Shown: piece after piece, positions 25,731 to 37,670 of the stretch
Numbering within the stretch: position 1 is the stretch's first letter
Layout: each line of letters begins with the position of its first letter
Source: Rhynchobatus australiae
Taxonomy: Eukaryota
Reading direction: 5' to 3'
Assembly (NCBI GenBank): GCA_034780895.1
Contig: JAUZTB010000074.1
Coordinates: 11,629,127 to 11,693,126, forward strand
Length of the DNA stretch: 64,000 nucleotides
The notes under the pieces: generated by a model
The model's input: the letters and a program-made list of their open reading frames with translations, nothing else
Databases searched by the model: none
What the model was told of the DNA's origin: nothing
Made by a program: the position numbers and the translations under genes

Positions 25731-27469
25731 AATAGTTTGGTTGGGACTTTGCACCAGACTGTAATAGTTTAGTGATTACAGATTTCTGATGGAAGATCGG
25801 AATCAGTATGTACCCACCGATGTGCAAAACTGAAGGATGAATCTTCCTTTATCCAGTGTTCGGGCCTGGACTTGCTGTGGTATTGTCATTCCTTCAAAGT
25901 CCAGGATCCGTATGTAACTTGCAGTCCTGTTGAGTGTGACAGAGGCCCTGCTGTACTGGTGATATTGAGCAGAGGCTGTATCCCTCTTGGGAGGTAGTTT
26001 ATTCGTTTAGTATTCATTAAGTCACTTATGTCAGCAACAGCAGCCTCTGCAAATGGCTTTTCGGCTATTGGCCTCAGTGGTTCGAATCGTTTTTTATCAG
26101 CTGTAAAGATCATCAATTGTTAAAACGGAGAACTCTCTTGTTGGTTGTAGCATGATATTTCTATAATTTCTAAGCAAACTATTCACCAAACCTATTCTCA
26201 TGCAGCCCTGCAGAAAGTGACATTCAGTAGAGGGATTTGTTTAACCTGTTCTATCAATGCATTATTTAACAGCTGGGCAACAAAATACATTCCATTCAGA
26301 TTCATTTTGTTCCTGTCTGTGAAATGAAATAAACATGAATGCCTGTGGAAAAGGTGCCAACAGTGTGCTTGCAGTCCTGACACAAGAAAAACAGCCAACA
26401 GAATCACTAAGCACTCGTTGGGTTTTTGAATGGGATCAGTTGCTAACAACTACATCCCGCCCAACCTTATAACAGGAGAAATTTATTGCACACACCTCAT
26501 AAGAATGTACTGCACTAAATAAATGGACAGCAGGTGAGACTATTACAGACCACATTACATACATATTGGCAATGCATTACATTCCTGATTACAGTCTAAT
26601 ACAGCCTGCAAAAAATTTATAAAATGCTTATGCAGCCACCATCTTCAGTGGGCAGCTAAAAGCATGGTGTACAGTAGTGACAGCAAGTTATACTCTTCCT
26701 CCAAAATNNNNNNNNNNNNATTAATTTTAGTTAATAATATTATAAATTTCATTCCAGATTAGATTAAATTACGAACTGTGCTATATTGCAGATAGTTGTA
26801 TGATGCTTTACAAAATCTTTTGGGTACCTGCACATTGTATAGACAGTTATGCATTATAAATTTTTACATTAGACAGCAGCATAGTCTTTTATGTAATTAT
26901 ATTACATTCATGTAATGTATTGACTATAACTGACTTGTGGGTATATTACACACTAAAGGATTATAGACTATTATATAATTTATCATGTAATGTTGTAAGT
27001 AATTTTAAATTACAAATTGCAGTATATTACAGACTAATAAATTAAGAGTATCATTGCTAAAACTTCAGTGCAATCTCATTCATCTGGGAGCTCTTCTGTG
27101 TGGTGTAAAGTTAATCCTTGATCCACAGGTGCAAACTCCACACAGACAGTGCCCGAAGTCAGTATTGAACCTGGGTCTCTGGTACTGTGAGGGAGCGGTT
27201 CTACTAGCTCGCCAATGTGACCATAGCTTTTATACACTTCTTAAATGTTGTGAGAGGACCTCGCTCCACCAACCCCTCAAGCAGTGCATTCCAGATTCCA
27301 ACAGCTTGCCCTCTTCTGATGCCCTTTTACTTCTTATCTGAACCCATGCTCTCCAGTTTTAGGTACAGATCTAAAATTTGGGGCATAAGATACAAAGGAG
27401 ATGTGANNNNNNNNNNNNNNNNNAAACCTTTTTTACCCAGAGAATAGTTCTGAGTACAACTATTAAAGG

Positions 27470-27785
27470 TGCCATTCCTGAGAGAGAGTGCACTCTCAGA
27501 AGAGATGTGAAACTGAGATCCTATTGTGTGGATATTACTGATTACATGGCCACTATTTCAAGGAAAAGCAGTAAAATGATTTCTAGTGTTCTGACTAATA
27601 TTAATTTCTCAATCAACAACACTAAACCAGATTATCTGGGTCAATAGTACATTGCTACTTGTAGGAGCTTGTGTGTGAAAATATGTTATTATGTTTATAA
27701 CAGTGAATGTAATTCAGAGGTCCTTCATTATTGATAAAGCAATTTGAATGACAGAGACCATGAAATGCTCAATGCAAATAAACAC
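27470..27785 (+). mobile_element. Degraded Deu-domain SINE (SacSINE1-like)
   Basis: catggccactatttcaaggaaaagcag...ctaatatt...ctcaatcaacaacactaaaccagattatctgg...cattgctacttgtaggagcttg; matches the reverse of 58955-59385. Confidence 0.65.
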
Positions 27786-27789
27786 AAGT

Positions 27790-28010
27790 TTTTGCAGATG
27801 CTGGAGATCTGAATTAAAATCGGAAGGAGCTGGAAATACCCAGCAGGTCAGGCAGCATCAGGGAGAAAGAAATAGAATTGATGTTTCAGTTCAAAAACCT
27901 TTCTTCAAGAGTTCTGAAGAAAGTTCATCAACAGGAAACAGTAGCTCCATTTCTCTCTCCACCAGTGCTGCCTATCTTGCTAAGTATTTCTTGTTTTTTT
28001 CCAGATTTTA
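27790..28010. mobile_element. Penelope-like palindromic element
   Basis: tgcagatgctggagatctg...cagcaggtcaggcagcatc ... ctgaaga..gaaac ... tgctgcctatcttgct inverted arms. Confidence 0.7.
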
Positions 28011-28429
28011 TTTTATGATGATTGAAGCCTCTCATACATTAGAGGTTGACAGTTAATATATGCATACTTCAATGATACTTGAGTTGAAAACACTTTGGGA
28101 TATTCTAAGGTCATGAAAGAAACCATGTATGTACAATCATTTTTATTCTGTAACTGAATATACTATAGATTTGCTTGAGCTAAGTTAAAGGTTATCTTAT
28201 TTAAAAGGGGATACTGGATTGTGCAAGAATGGAATCATTGCATAATGGAAGGAATGAAATATTCCCTTGGACAGTTCAAGAGTTCTTTTGGATTGATTCT
28301 GAGAAAATAATTAAACATTCTTCAATTTTTAAACCAGACTAGATATACAAATACCATTAGTGCAGAAAATAACTAGTCTTGGCATTTATGATGGTGGGAC
28401 TTTACATCTCCTTTATCAATTTACGAGTG

Positions 28430-28715
28430 TGTTCATAGCTTCCAACACTCTCCACTGACTCCAAGAATGGAGGAGAAGCATTTGGGATGGTATTGAGAAC
28501 CTTGCAGCCATGCATGGGGAGCACAAGAAAGCCCCAAATAAGTGGCAAAAGTAGTGCATCACCCTAAAAACTACCGGCCCTGTTTACCACCTCCTGCCCC
28601 ATCTGTGGATAAATCTGCAAGTCCCAGATTGCGTTATTGATCACACCTCAGAACCCACAAAGCCAGAGTAGAAGCAAGTCAACCTGAACCTCAAGGGACT
28701 GCCAAAAAGAAAAAA
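28430..28715 (+). mobile_element. RTE-clade LINE 3' fragment
   Basis: C-terminal zinc-finger-like tgccccatctgtgga...tgc...cacctcagaacccac (CPICG..C...HLRTH), then the tail gaagcaagtc...ctcaagggactgcc. Confidence 0.7.
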
Positions 28716-31700
28716 ATCTCACTGCCTTTTTTTGTTCAATTGTTAACAATATTGATTTGTACCACAAAGGACACAAATAGTAAAAAAAAATTACACCATC
28801 CTCTTTTAACCATTATCTTTGCATGAAGTGCTAAGTGTGACTAAAAGATTCTGCTTGAATTAATGACCCTAAATGTTTTGTCAAAATAACAGAGAGGCTA
28901 ATATTACTTGTGTTTCTTTAAGTGCAAATACAACAGCAATCTCAAATCAAAAAATTGCCATCAAGAATGGCATTTTCAACTGCAAGTTCTCTAAAATGGC
29001 AGCATACACTCTGCTCCCCTGTGAGATACACTGAACAACATAATGTTGCTCTGTTTGATCCTTGGGAACAATTTGAATCAGCCTCAGTGTTAAGAAATCA
29101 TTTAAAGGCTAAATAATCTTTCAGTGGCCAGATAGGAGTTAATTACTATCAGACAATCTCTCTCCCTCAGAACATGATAAGCATGAAGCTAAATGCCTTT
29201 AACTTGATTTTTTTTCTTTCTGTCTTTTCCTTTCTATCTCACTGCAATTTTTCTTTTCTTCCTATTTGTCTCTATGATTTGACATTGAATTTGTCATTAT
29301 AACTTACATTTCTTTGTTAAGACTTTGCACTGTTCTTTTTCTAATCCTTCAATCAAATTGATTAAAGAGTTGCTTTCCTTTTTTACCCAGATCCCAGATG
29401 CCCAGCAGAGAGTTTTTGTGCCGATTCTATTGCACACTTGGAAGAACCACCCGTGCATAATATCATGGAGATTAATTGGGGAAGTCTAACTAAAGGCAGG
29501 CGCCATTTGNNNNNNNNNNNNNNNNNNNNNNNNNNNNNNNNNNNNNNNNNNNNNNNNNNNNNNNNNNNNNNNNNNNNNNNNNNNNNNNNNNNNNNNNNNN
29601 NNNNNNNNNGGCGCCATTTGATGGGAAGTTACATGAATTTTGGGCCAATATGATTGAATCTTAGACCTCTATGCAAAGTCTCCCTCCAAACGAACAGTCT
29701 CTCCAGAATGCTTGCTTTATTGCTTACTATTTAATTTCAATGATTGTTGATTTCTGAGATAGATATTATTAAAATAATTAATCCACAGAAAGAAATAGAA
29801 AATTCCACTTTTCAAGTTGAAAAGAGGTTTTTGCCACATATGGGAAATGTTGCATTGTTTGTTTACTAACTCCTTAAACCTCAGGGAACAGTTGCAAAGA
29901 GAAAAGACTATGAGGGCATTTTATTTCCACTGTCAGGGTGGTGGAGATAGATTCAATAGTAATTTTATAAAGAAATTGCATAGATGCTTGAAAAGGGGAA
30001 CAAGCTAAAGAGTGCAACTAGTTGGATAACTCCCTCTGAGAAAAGGCACAGACATGATGGGCCAAATAACTCTGCTACATTGCTTCAACATTTCATGGTT
30101 TTACTTTGAACTTGTGTTACTTTCATTCCTCACTAAAACATTGCCTTCCATTGAATAGAGGCAGGGATAAAGGGTGGAAACAGTGATGCTGATCCTCTCT
30201 GCAAGTGGGCTGTCAATCACAGCAGAATTCCAGGAATTACAGTGCAGACGTATGCTGGAGGAATCTCTGAATTATCAGTTATAGTCCTGTTAGTTCAAAG
30301 GGTTTCAATGAAGTTCAGGCCCGGCTTCTTAGAGGCACAGTCCTTCGGTGAAAGACATACATTCCAAATGCTTTCCTCAGTCATTTTAATAATTTTCTTG
30401 CAAAAAATTGTAAACATCTATCATTTTACACCTTTAATTTAATGTCATTTCATTGTTTGTCTTTTGTTGATATTGGCTAATTCTGTGGCTTACTCATTGT
30501 GGACTTGTCTTTTCTCATGGTCTTTGTAATCTTTCCTCAGAAGCCTAAACTGCTGAATTTGATTGGTGACTGCCTGCCAATTGATTTGGATCTATTGCAA
30601 TTTTATAAATGTATGCACAGAAATTCACTGCAGCCTGGTAATGCTGTTTGTCCTTGTATGTAATGATAATGGAATGAATTTCAGTGAAATGCAAAGCACA
30701 AAGATAACTAAATAGTGAGTTTAGCACTGCAGACCAGAATGAATTTCCAGTCAATAAACATTTCAGCCAATCATTTGAAAACAAGATATAACATTTCTAT
30801 ACCAGTTGCAATACATACAAGTACTAGATGCAATCTCTTTCTTGGCATATTGACAAAATGACATTGATAGTTTCACAGAAATGGTTCAGATGAAGAGATC
30901 TTTTGGTTCATGTTCACCCAAGACCATATTCCCAAGTCTACCTATTTCCTGAGGCAGGTTCTTGGAATTGAGGATGACTTACTTTCATGGTGGGACCACA
31001 AGAATATCTGTAGTCGCCTCAGAGTGACCTTGGGGCCCACAAGCCCCACCTGGTTGCCATTAGTAAAATAAAGATTAAGGAAGGGAATTTGGAATGGGAA
31101 AAGGAGAAGGTAGCCAAAGATGGCGACTCCTACACTGGTAGAAACAACTCTGGTTCTGTGGATTCTGAAATGACTGGTAAGGCCAGTGTGGGAATTGCAG
31201 ACTCTTCCACTGGTGATACAGAAGGTGCCTGACCGGGCGGGCAAGTGAACAGGCAAGCAGTTTGTGAGGTGGTGCACTCCCTCGACATATTCCTGCAGGG
31301 CTTCTGCATATTCCTGATGGTGTCAACTGGAAGTTCTCAATACCATCTTGAATGTTTCTTCTCCACTATGAATGGTTATGGGGCAGGGATTCAGAGAATC
31401 TTACAAGTCAGTGAGGATGTTTCATTTTTTTACAAGGACACTTTGAGAATATCCTTGAATGTTCTCTTTTGTTTGCCTAGTAATCTCTTCCCAGAATGGG
31501 GTTTCAGGAGGCGGGTGATGGTTATGCAAATAACACAGCCTGTTCAATCATGCTGACAAAGAGTACCAGTATCCTCAATGGAGATGATGGCCTGTGAGAG
31601 GACACTGACATTGGCTGTCTTGTCCTTACAGTAACTTTGGGCAATTTTACTGAGACAACATTGGTGGTATCTTTCCAGTGCCTTGAGTTGCCTACTACAG

Positions 31701-31804
31701 TTAATCCAGGTCTCAGAAACATACTGAAGAGCAGGGCTCACTTCTACCAAGTAGGACAAGTATTCTGCTGGGTATGAGGTCTTGATATTCAAACATCCTT
31801 TTTC

Positions 31805-32443
31805 CTCAATCAATCTGTCCTGGTTCCAGCACATAGATGCAATCACAAGGAAGTCGCACCCGTGTCTTTACTTTCTTAGGTTTGGCTTNNNNNNNNNNNN
31901 NNNNNNNNNNNNNNNNNNNNNNNNNNNNNNNNNNNNNNNNNNNCATGAGTGGCTGCATCATGGTGTGGTACAGCAATTCAAATGAGCAGGAAGATAAGAA
32001 GCTGCAGAAAGTAGTGGATTCAGCCCAATACATCAAGGGCACATCCCTTCCCACCATTGGAAGTATCTACATGAGGCACTGCCTCAAGAAGGCAACATCA
32101 TAGATCCTCACCATCTGGGGCATACCATCTTCTCGTATCTACAATTGAGCAGAAAAGCCTGAAGTCCCATGCCACCAGATTTAAGAACAGCCACTTCCCT
32201 TCAACCATTCAGTTCTTGAACCAAACTGCACAACCCTAATCACTATCTCAGGATAACAACACTCTGACCACTTTGTACTACAATAGACTTCATTTTTTTT
32301 GTTCTAATTGTGTTCTTTCCTGTATAATTTTGTATTATTTATGTTTTTCTTGTGAATATTGTGTATCTGATGCTGAGTGCCAGTGATGCTGCTGCAAGTA
32401 AGTTTTTCATTGCACCTGTGCATACTTGATTTTGACTTTGAAT
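31805..32443 (+). mobile_element. Rex1/Babar-type LINE fragment inserted into the RTE
   Basis: LSWFQHIDAITRK...LYFLR; GCIMVWYSN...KKLQKVVDSAQYIKGTSLPTIGSIY; tail ttgattttgactttgaa. Confidence 0.85.
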
Positions 32444-32892
32444 CAAAGACTTTGTTGGCGCATCATCGATGCCTGTTTCTGGGTGGCTGCTAGGATAATG
32501 GAAGTGGTCCACATTTTTCAATGTCTCACCCACAACTTTTATTGTTGGATGCAGTGTAGTACAGCAGAGGCAGATTAGTAGAGGAACCTTGTTTTACAGA
32601 TATTGAGTGTAAGGGTGATCCTCTCAAATCCTTCAGTGAGTCATTTGACAATGACCTGGAGCTTTGCACAAAGGCGTTCATCACCTACATATGGTTTAGA
32701 TGACTTTAGTTCCATAGTCACTGTAGATTAAACAGTTTCCCGTTAGTTTTAAAGAATAATAGGAAGCTGTTTAACCTGCAGAAAGCTTGTTGGAGGTGAG
32801 GTGCAACACTGCAGTGAGAAAAATATGCAGAATGTCTCGCGAAATACTGCAGCCTTATTTAATGTGAGTCTTCACTGAACTTGGTTTTGTTA

Positions 32893-33305
32893 GAGTTATA
32901 CAACACAGAAACAGGCCTTACACCCCAATTCACGCATGCCGACCAAGTTGCCTATTTGAGTCAGTCCCATTTCCCATCATTTGACCCATACTCCTCTAAA
33001 CCTTTCCTGTCCGTGTGCCTGCCCAAATGTCTTTAAAACATTGTAATCGACCCACCTCTACCACTTCCTCTGGCAGCTCATTCCACAGAGCCACCACCCT
33101 CTCTCAGTAAAAAAATTACCCCTCAGATCCTTTTAAATCTTTCCCATCACACCATAAGTCTATGCCCTCTAGGTTTAAACCACCCTACCCTGGAAAAAAG
33201 ACAATGACCATTCAACTTATCTATGCCCCTCATGATTTTATAGATCTCTATAAGGTCACCTCTCAGCCTCCTACACTCCAGGGGAAAGATGTCCCAGCCT
33301 CTCCA
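32893..33305 (-). mobile_element. CR1 3' fragment inserted into the RTE
   Basis: gagttatacaacacagaaacaggcc...; minus-strand peptide LECRRLRGDLIEIYKIMRGID. Confidence 0.85.
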
Positions 33306-35011
33306 GTCTCCCGTGAATATTTTCTGCACGCTTTCCAGCTTACTGCCATCCTGTTCTGGATTCATTATGATGATCACTTGCATGATACCTTGATGCAGAA
33401 GCAAGATGGAAATGAATTTCCTGGGCAACACGAATTAAAGAGAGTGTTCCACAATCCTTCTCAGTTGAAGGAGTCAAAGGCTTCAGTGAGATCAGAAAAG
33501 GCCATGTATAGTAGTCGGTGCTGCCCCCTACAATTTTCTAGGAGCTGTTGGGCATTGAATGTCTCGTCCACTGTGCCTCCAGAGACATGGAATCCACACT
33601 GCGATTGGCGAAGCAGCTCTTCGACGCTGAGAGAGGGTGGTTGAGGAGGATCCTNNNNNNNNNNNNNNNNNNNNNNNNNNNNNNNNNNNNNNNNNNNNNN
33701 NNNNNNNNNNNNNNNNNNNNNNNNNNNNNNNNNNNNNNNNNNNNNNNNNNNNNNATCCTGGCTTCTTCTCACAGTAGAGGGAACCTTCTGTAGTTTACAT
33801 AGTAGGACTTGTCTCCTTTCTTGAAGATGGAATGATTACATCATCTCCAAGGTCCCCTGATGTACAGTATATACTCCTTTTTCTTGATGTGACCAATGGG
33901 CTTGTGGATTCACAATTAACCTCTTCGCCACCAAGTTCAAACTTCACTTGGGGTACAATCTACTCCTGAGGACTTGCAGATTCCCATACCAGCATGTAAT
34001 TGGCCCTGTTCTAGCCCAATCCATCTTACCCATTTGTGTTACAAGTTATAAGGGAAGGTGTTTTCTTGATTACATTTCAGCTTATTTAATCTGAATTAAA
34101 GGAGATCCTTGTTCCAAGTCCCTCACTACTACCTGTGTAAAAATGAAGTAACGTGTATATCAACACATGCTTTTNNNNNNNNNNTCTGTGAGAAGGAGGT
34201 TCAGTATCTGAACGTCATTCCCTTGAAGTGCTGTCAGGAAGAGGCTCTCTGCATCTTGGAGCAGCTCTGCTCACATTAATTGGCACCAGATCTGTGGAGC
34301 TGCAGCAGGTCCACCTTCCCTGGAACGCTCCCTACCCAGGAGCATATTAAACCACTCATAACGAGCACAGTAAAAATAATTGACTCAGTGTGCTCTTATT
34401 CTAGCTCTGCATATAGATGCCAATTATAATCTGGTCACTACCTGTCACCTATGAACGTTATATGGTCACGGACTGTGGGGGCACTGTATTTGAATTCATG
34501 AGCTGAAGACAAAAGGCCTTTACCCTCCAATCTCATTGAATGCAGATTAGGGGCTAGGGGCTAGGGGCAGCGTTTATTGTCTGTACCACATCTACCGTCA
34601 CATATAGGCCAGGCTTGGTGAGGATGGCAGATTTTCTTCCCTGAAGAACATTAGTGAACCAGATGGATTTTTAAGACTAATAGTGAATTGAAATTCTCCA
34701 TATGCCATTGTGGGATTCAAAATCATGTTCAGTGACATAACCACTACCCCATATGGTATTCATTTGAAGTGAAGCTAATTCGAGTGATTTAGTAAGAGTT
34801 TTGCTGAGGTTATTAGTTGATTACCTCCTTATTTCAGAGTTTCCCAATTCCAGTTTTTGACTAATTTCTGTAGTGATTCCCTGGTTTGTTCTTTTATTGA
34901 CAAATATGTCTTCTGTAGTGCATGTTGCATTGTGCCTTTACAAATCTCCTTTTCATCAGTAAATAGTGCCTGTGAACTGTAGACAGTTGGAAGAGTCTGT
35001 CATGGGGGGTC

Positions 35012-35770
35012 AATGAGTTATACAGCAGGGAAACAGGCCCTTCAGCCCAACTGGTCCATGCTGACCAAGATGCCCATCTAAGTCCCATTTGCTCACATTT
35101 GGCCGATACCCCTCTAAACCTTTCCTATCCGTGTACCCGTCCAAGTGTCTGTTTAGTGTTGTTACTGCACCCACCTCAACCATTTTCACGGGCAGCACGT
35201 TCTATATACTCACCAGCCTCTGCAATGAAGAAGTTGACNNNNNNNNNNNNNNNNNNNNNNNNNNNNNNNNNNNNNNNNNNNNNNNNNNNNNNNNNNNNNN
35301 NNNNNNNNNNNNNNNNNNNNNNNNNNNNNNNNNNNNNNNNNNNNNNNNNNNNNNNNNNNNNNNNNNNNNNNNNNNNNNNNNNNNNNNNNNNNNNNNNTCC
35401 AAGGCATAAAGTCCCAGTCTACCTAACGGACCTTTTCAACTCAGGCCCTTGATTCCTGGCAACATTCTCGTAAATCTTCTTTGCATTCTTTCCAGCTTAA
35501 TAACGTCTTTCCTGTAACAGGGTAACCAAAACTGCACACAATACTCCAGGTGCAGCCTCACCAACGTCTTGTACAACTACAACATAATGTCCCAACTCCT
35601 TTACCCAATGTCCTGGCTGATGAATGTCAGCGCGCCAAATGCTTTCATCACCACGCTGTCTACCCGTAACACCACTTTCAGGGAACTATGTACTTGTATG
35701 CCCTGGTCCCTCTGTTCTACTGCACTCCCCATGGTCCTACCATTCACTGTGAAAGTCCTAGCCTGGTTGA
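35012..35770 (-). mobile_element. CR1 LINE 3' region
   Basis: Minus-strand peptide RTFTVNGRTMGSAVEQRDQGIQVHSSLKV...VVMKAFGALTFISQDI; tail gagttatacagcagggaaacaggcc. Confidence 0.9.
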
Positions 35771-36069
35771 GTGAGAAGCTGTCCATTTCACACTCCTTTT
35801 GAAGTGGTTTCAATTGTGCTGTTAGTTAAGCAAGTAATTGCTTCCTCAGACAGCCTATTGTCATCTCCTGACTGCGTCCACCTCAGAAAACACGCGGGTG
35901 AGTGAAAGGAACAGCAAGCTGGCTAGTGCTGTGTAAATGCATGCATCAGGGGGTCAGATAAACTAAAACAGAGAGGAGAAGAAAACATGACCAGGTTTTT
36001 CAGGTGACATATTAGACAAAAATCATTTATTGAAAAACTGCAGATAAGTGGGTGGAGGTTGGTGCAACA

Positions 36070-36715
36070 CCTGGGTCTGCCCCCTCCCAGTCTCTATCTG
36101 ATGGATGCCTCACACCCAAGCTGTATGTGTCGGGTTTCTCAATCCCAGTCAATATCAGCTGGGTCTCTCCCTTCAATCTGTATCCACTGGAGGCCTTGCT
36201 CTCTGTCTGTATATGCTGGGTCCCACAATCCTGGTTTGTAACTGCAGGGGCCATCACTCCCACTCTTATATCTGCTGGGTACCTCACTCTGGCACTGTAG
36301 GTGCTGAGACCCTCACTCCCAGTCTGTGTCTACTGGGCTCTTTCTCCCATTTTGTACCTGCTGGGTCCTTCACTTACAGCTATATCTTCTGGGGCTCTTG
36401 CTCACAGTCTGGGTCTACTGGGCCTTTACACCCTGGTCTGTATCTACAGGGGTCTTTGCTCCCAGGTTGTACCTGCTGGGGTGTTCATTGCCAATCTGCA
36501 TCTGCTGGGACCCTCCATGCCAAACTGCATCTGCGGGGTCCTCACTCGCAATCTGTACTTGATGGTACCCTCAATCCCAGTCTGTGTATACTGAGGTCTT
36601 CACTGCCAGTCAATATTTGTTGGGGTCCTTTGCTTCTAGTCGATATTGATGGACCATTCATTCCCAGTCTATTTCTACTGGGTCCCTCCTAGTTTGCATC
36701 TGTTGGGTCATTCAC
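36070..36715. repeat. Degenerate ~30-bp minisatellite (ccagtctgtatctgctggggtccctcactc-like)
   Basis: About 20 diverged units; explains overlapping ORFs at 36027-36692. Confidence 0.8.
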
Positions 36716-37209
36716 TACCAGATAGCACCTGGTAAATCACTACCACCAATATGAGGGCGGGTTTGCTATGTCGGCCCTGCGTTCTGGATGTGCTCTTCAG
36801 ATGTATCAATGCACATTTTTCTGAAGTGGATTACCTGAATTGTCTTCTTTTTACTGCACAGCCATTCCTGAGATTTGAGTTTGCCATTTACTTTGCAAGA
36901 TCTTGGGGAAGTATTGCCTTAATATTATTGATAATGCCCAGTACTCATTCATGCCTCTTGCACATTCATTTCTTTTGAACTCAATGAAATCTAATGTATG
37001 AAGCCAGTCCTTATGCATGTGATTAGTGCAAGGCACCAAGGATAGATAGTTCCCCTTTAATATTAGTGTAAGATAGAATTTACCTGAATAAGTTTGTCAG
37101 AACTTCTCAATTCTCTGTTGATTTTTACACCAGGGTGAGACCCCAACACTGCTGCCGTGTAAAACTTTCTAACCTTCAGAACATATTAACATGCAATTCC
37201 ACGTCCCGC

Positions 37210-37460
37210 TTCAGGGCATTAAAGCTTCCATGTGACTACTTAAGAGCAGGGAGTTCCTCTGATATTTAGGACAACATTTCTCCCAAACCACCACCCAAAG
37301 CAAAGCAAACTAGTAAATTCAAGTCACTATTATTTACAAGGTCTTTCCAGACGTAAAATGACTGCAAATTTATCCAATTGCAAACAGTCAACACGCTTCT
37401 GAGTAGTTCATTAAGTATAAAGTATTTTCAAGAGATGTTATAAAGCACTACATAATTCCA
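37210..37460 (+). mobile_element. Degraded Deu-domain SINE just upstream of the putative T1 exon
   Basis: ccatgtgactacttaagagcagggagttcct...gacaacatttctcc...aaaatgactgc...aaagcactacataa. Confidence 0.5.
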
Positions 37461-37614
37461 ATTCATCAGGCTCCAAACTGGCAAAATTTTCTTGTATATT
37501 TTAATGTTTCAGTTCTGTTTCACCATGTTTAATTTCAGTTCTCTTTTCATTTGCATAGTTTTAATTTGATGTTTTCTGTGTTTTTTTTGTTTGTGTTCTG
37601 TTTTTCTTTTTTAG

Positions 37615-37670
37615 GTTTTAAAGAGTCGACGGTCACAATACCTAACCCACCCTGGGACCTGTGCTACTGA
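37615..37670 (+). CDS. NTRK3: Putative alternative terminal exon of NTRK3 giving a kinase-less, TrkC.T1-like isoform (CFKESTVTIPNPPWDLCY*)
   Basis: A >40-nt T-rich tract (37571-37612) ends in ttttttAG at 37614. Joining to the leftover T at 1324 gives TGT TTT AAA GAG = C F K E, like the recalled amniote T1 exon start C/G-F-R-E. TGA at 37668-37670. Confidence 0.62.

Larger units (their letters stand above)
30945..33860 (-). mobile_element. RTE-clade (BovB-like) LINE, degraded, with nested insertions
   Basis: RT motifs EELLRQSQCGF..SGGTVD..FNAQQLLENCRGQH..LYMAFSDLTEAFDS (33461-33640); ETLKNVDHFHY (about 32500); ALERYHQCCLSKI (about 31660); C-terminal CITSGRVCNSHTGLTSHFRIH (about 31200). Confidence 0.88.

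Noticed and set aside
36027-36692. 195-aa ORF and overlapping ORFs
   Set aside because: Products of a degenerate 30-bp minisatellite.
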